This document shows positions 63,551 through 64,000 of a DNA stretch of 64,000 nucleotides, piece by piece (the first letter of the stretch is position 1; the number at the start of each line of letters is the position of its first letter). The stretch is from positions 6,176,001 to 6,240,000 of the forward strand of contig OZ241867.1 of the NCBI GenBank assembly GCA_965203175.1, given 5' to 3'. The notes beneath the pieces were generated by a model. The model saw only the letters and a program-made list of their open reading frames with translations. It made no database searches and was not told the origin of the DNA. A program made the position numbers and the translations under genes. This stretch comes from Candidatus Latescibacterota bacterium. GTDB taxonomy: Bacteria; Latescibacterota; UBA2968; UBA8231.

Positions 63551-64000
63551 TTGGCGATCAGCAAGCAAGCATATATAGAAGCCTCCAAGGCAAAGCCGAC
63601 CTTTACTGCTGAGCAGGGAGCAGTGGCTTTTGCTAGACAGGGGCTAGGCTCGGTTATCGAATGGACTGAACTTGCAGCAAATCCAACCAATTGTGTCTAC
63701 AAGGCAGTGTGTTGCGACGGCAGCTATATAATCAAGATCAAGTATCGAAAAGCCTTCTCGCTAGCGGTCGATTTCAATATTACCGCATTGTTACGCGATA
63801 CAACCACTCTGCCCGTCCCGGAGATCAGTGTATTATGCGAGGACCCCGATGTGTTCGGATATCCTTATCTGATTTCTAGTCTGCTCCCCGGTACTCAAGG
63901 ACGAGACTTTTTCGAGAGGCCCAGTACTAGCGATGATAGGCGGTGTCGCCTGCTCAAAGAATTTGGCTCAGCGGTCGCTGCCATCAATGAACAGAGCGTA
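63551..64000 (+). CDS. APH-family phosphotransferase, 5' part (runs off right edge)
   Basis: Hand translation: NCVYKA..YIIKI..LPVPEI..FGYPYLISSLLPG; start position approximate. Confidence 0.75.
   Translation, partial: MAISKQAYIEASKAKPTFTAEQGAVAFARQGLGSVIEWTELAANPTNCVYKAVCCDGSYIIKIKYRKAFSLAVDFNITALLRDTTTLPVPEISVLCEDPDVFGYPYLISSLLPGTQGRDFFERPSTSDDRRCRLLKEFGSAVAAINEQSV

Larger units (their letters stand above)
51100..64000 (+). mobile_element. tRNA-adjacent island: cluster of attC sites lacking an integron integrase (CALIN-like cassette array), open at right edge
   Basis: Visibly lower GC, all genes co-oriented on +, about 10 attC-like palindromes between genes, no tyrosine recombinase ORF seen. 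Confidence 0.85.

Overview
Bacterial chromosomal window. The GC-rich backbone carries selB, a tsaC-like gene, sppA, a double-length uvrA, thpR, a namZ-like gene, a D,D-carboxypeptidase, rlmH and tRNA-Val(GAC), plus many Gfo/Idh/MocA, creatininase and PhyH enzymes. This gene mix suggests a Latescibacterota/Poribacteria-like, possibly sponge-associated organism (inference, low confidence). Several lower-GC accessory blocks interrupt the backbone. Main discoveries: (1) Directly after tRNA-Val an integrase-less array of integron-type gene cassettes starts, with about 10 diverse attC-like sites between 53.2 and 61.0 kb; the island runs off the right edge. The ends of most cassettes are complementary to each other. 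Two cassettes are almost empty, and several attC cores are mutated in the invariant AAC/GTT triplets. (2) Accessory modules at 2.9-4.2 kb and 15.7-20.1 kb are bracketed by diverged copies of the end of the neighbouring backbone gene; the 5' end of a SNF2 helicase appears three times. (3) A translationally coupled three-gene module at 25.4-27.3 kb looks like an uncharacterised toxin/antitoxin/chaperone-type or defence system. (4) A duplicated lipoprotein signal-peptide module is fed by a 39-bp repeat that is open in two frames. All product calls come from motif recognition by eye; no searches were run.
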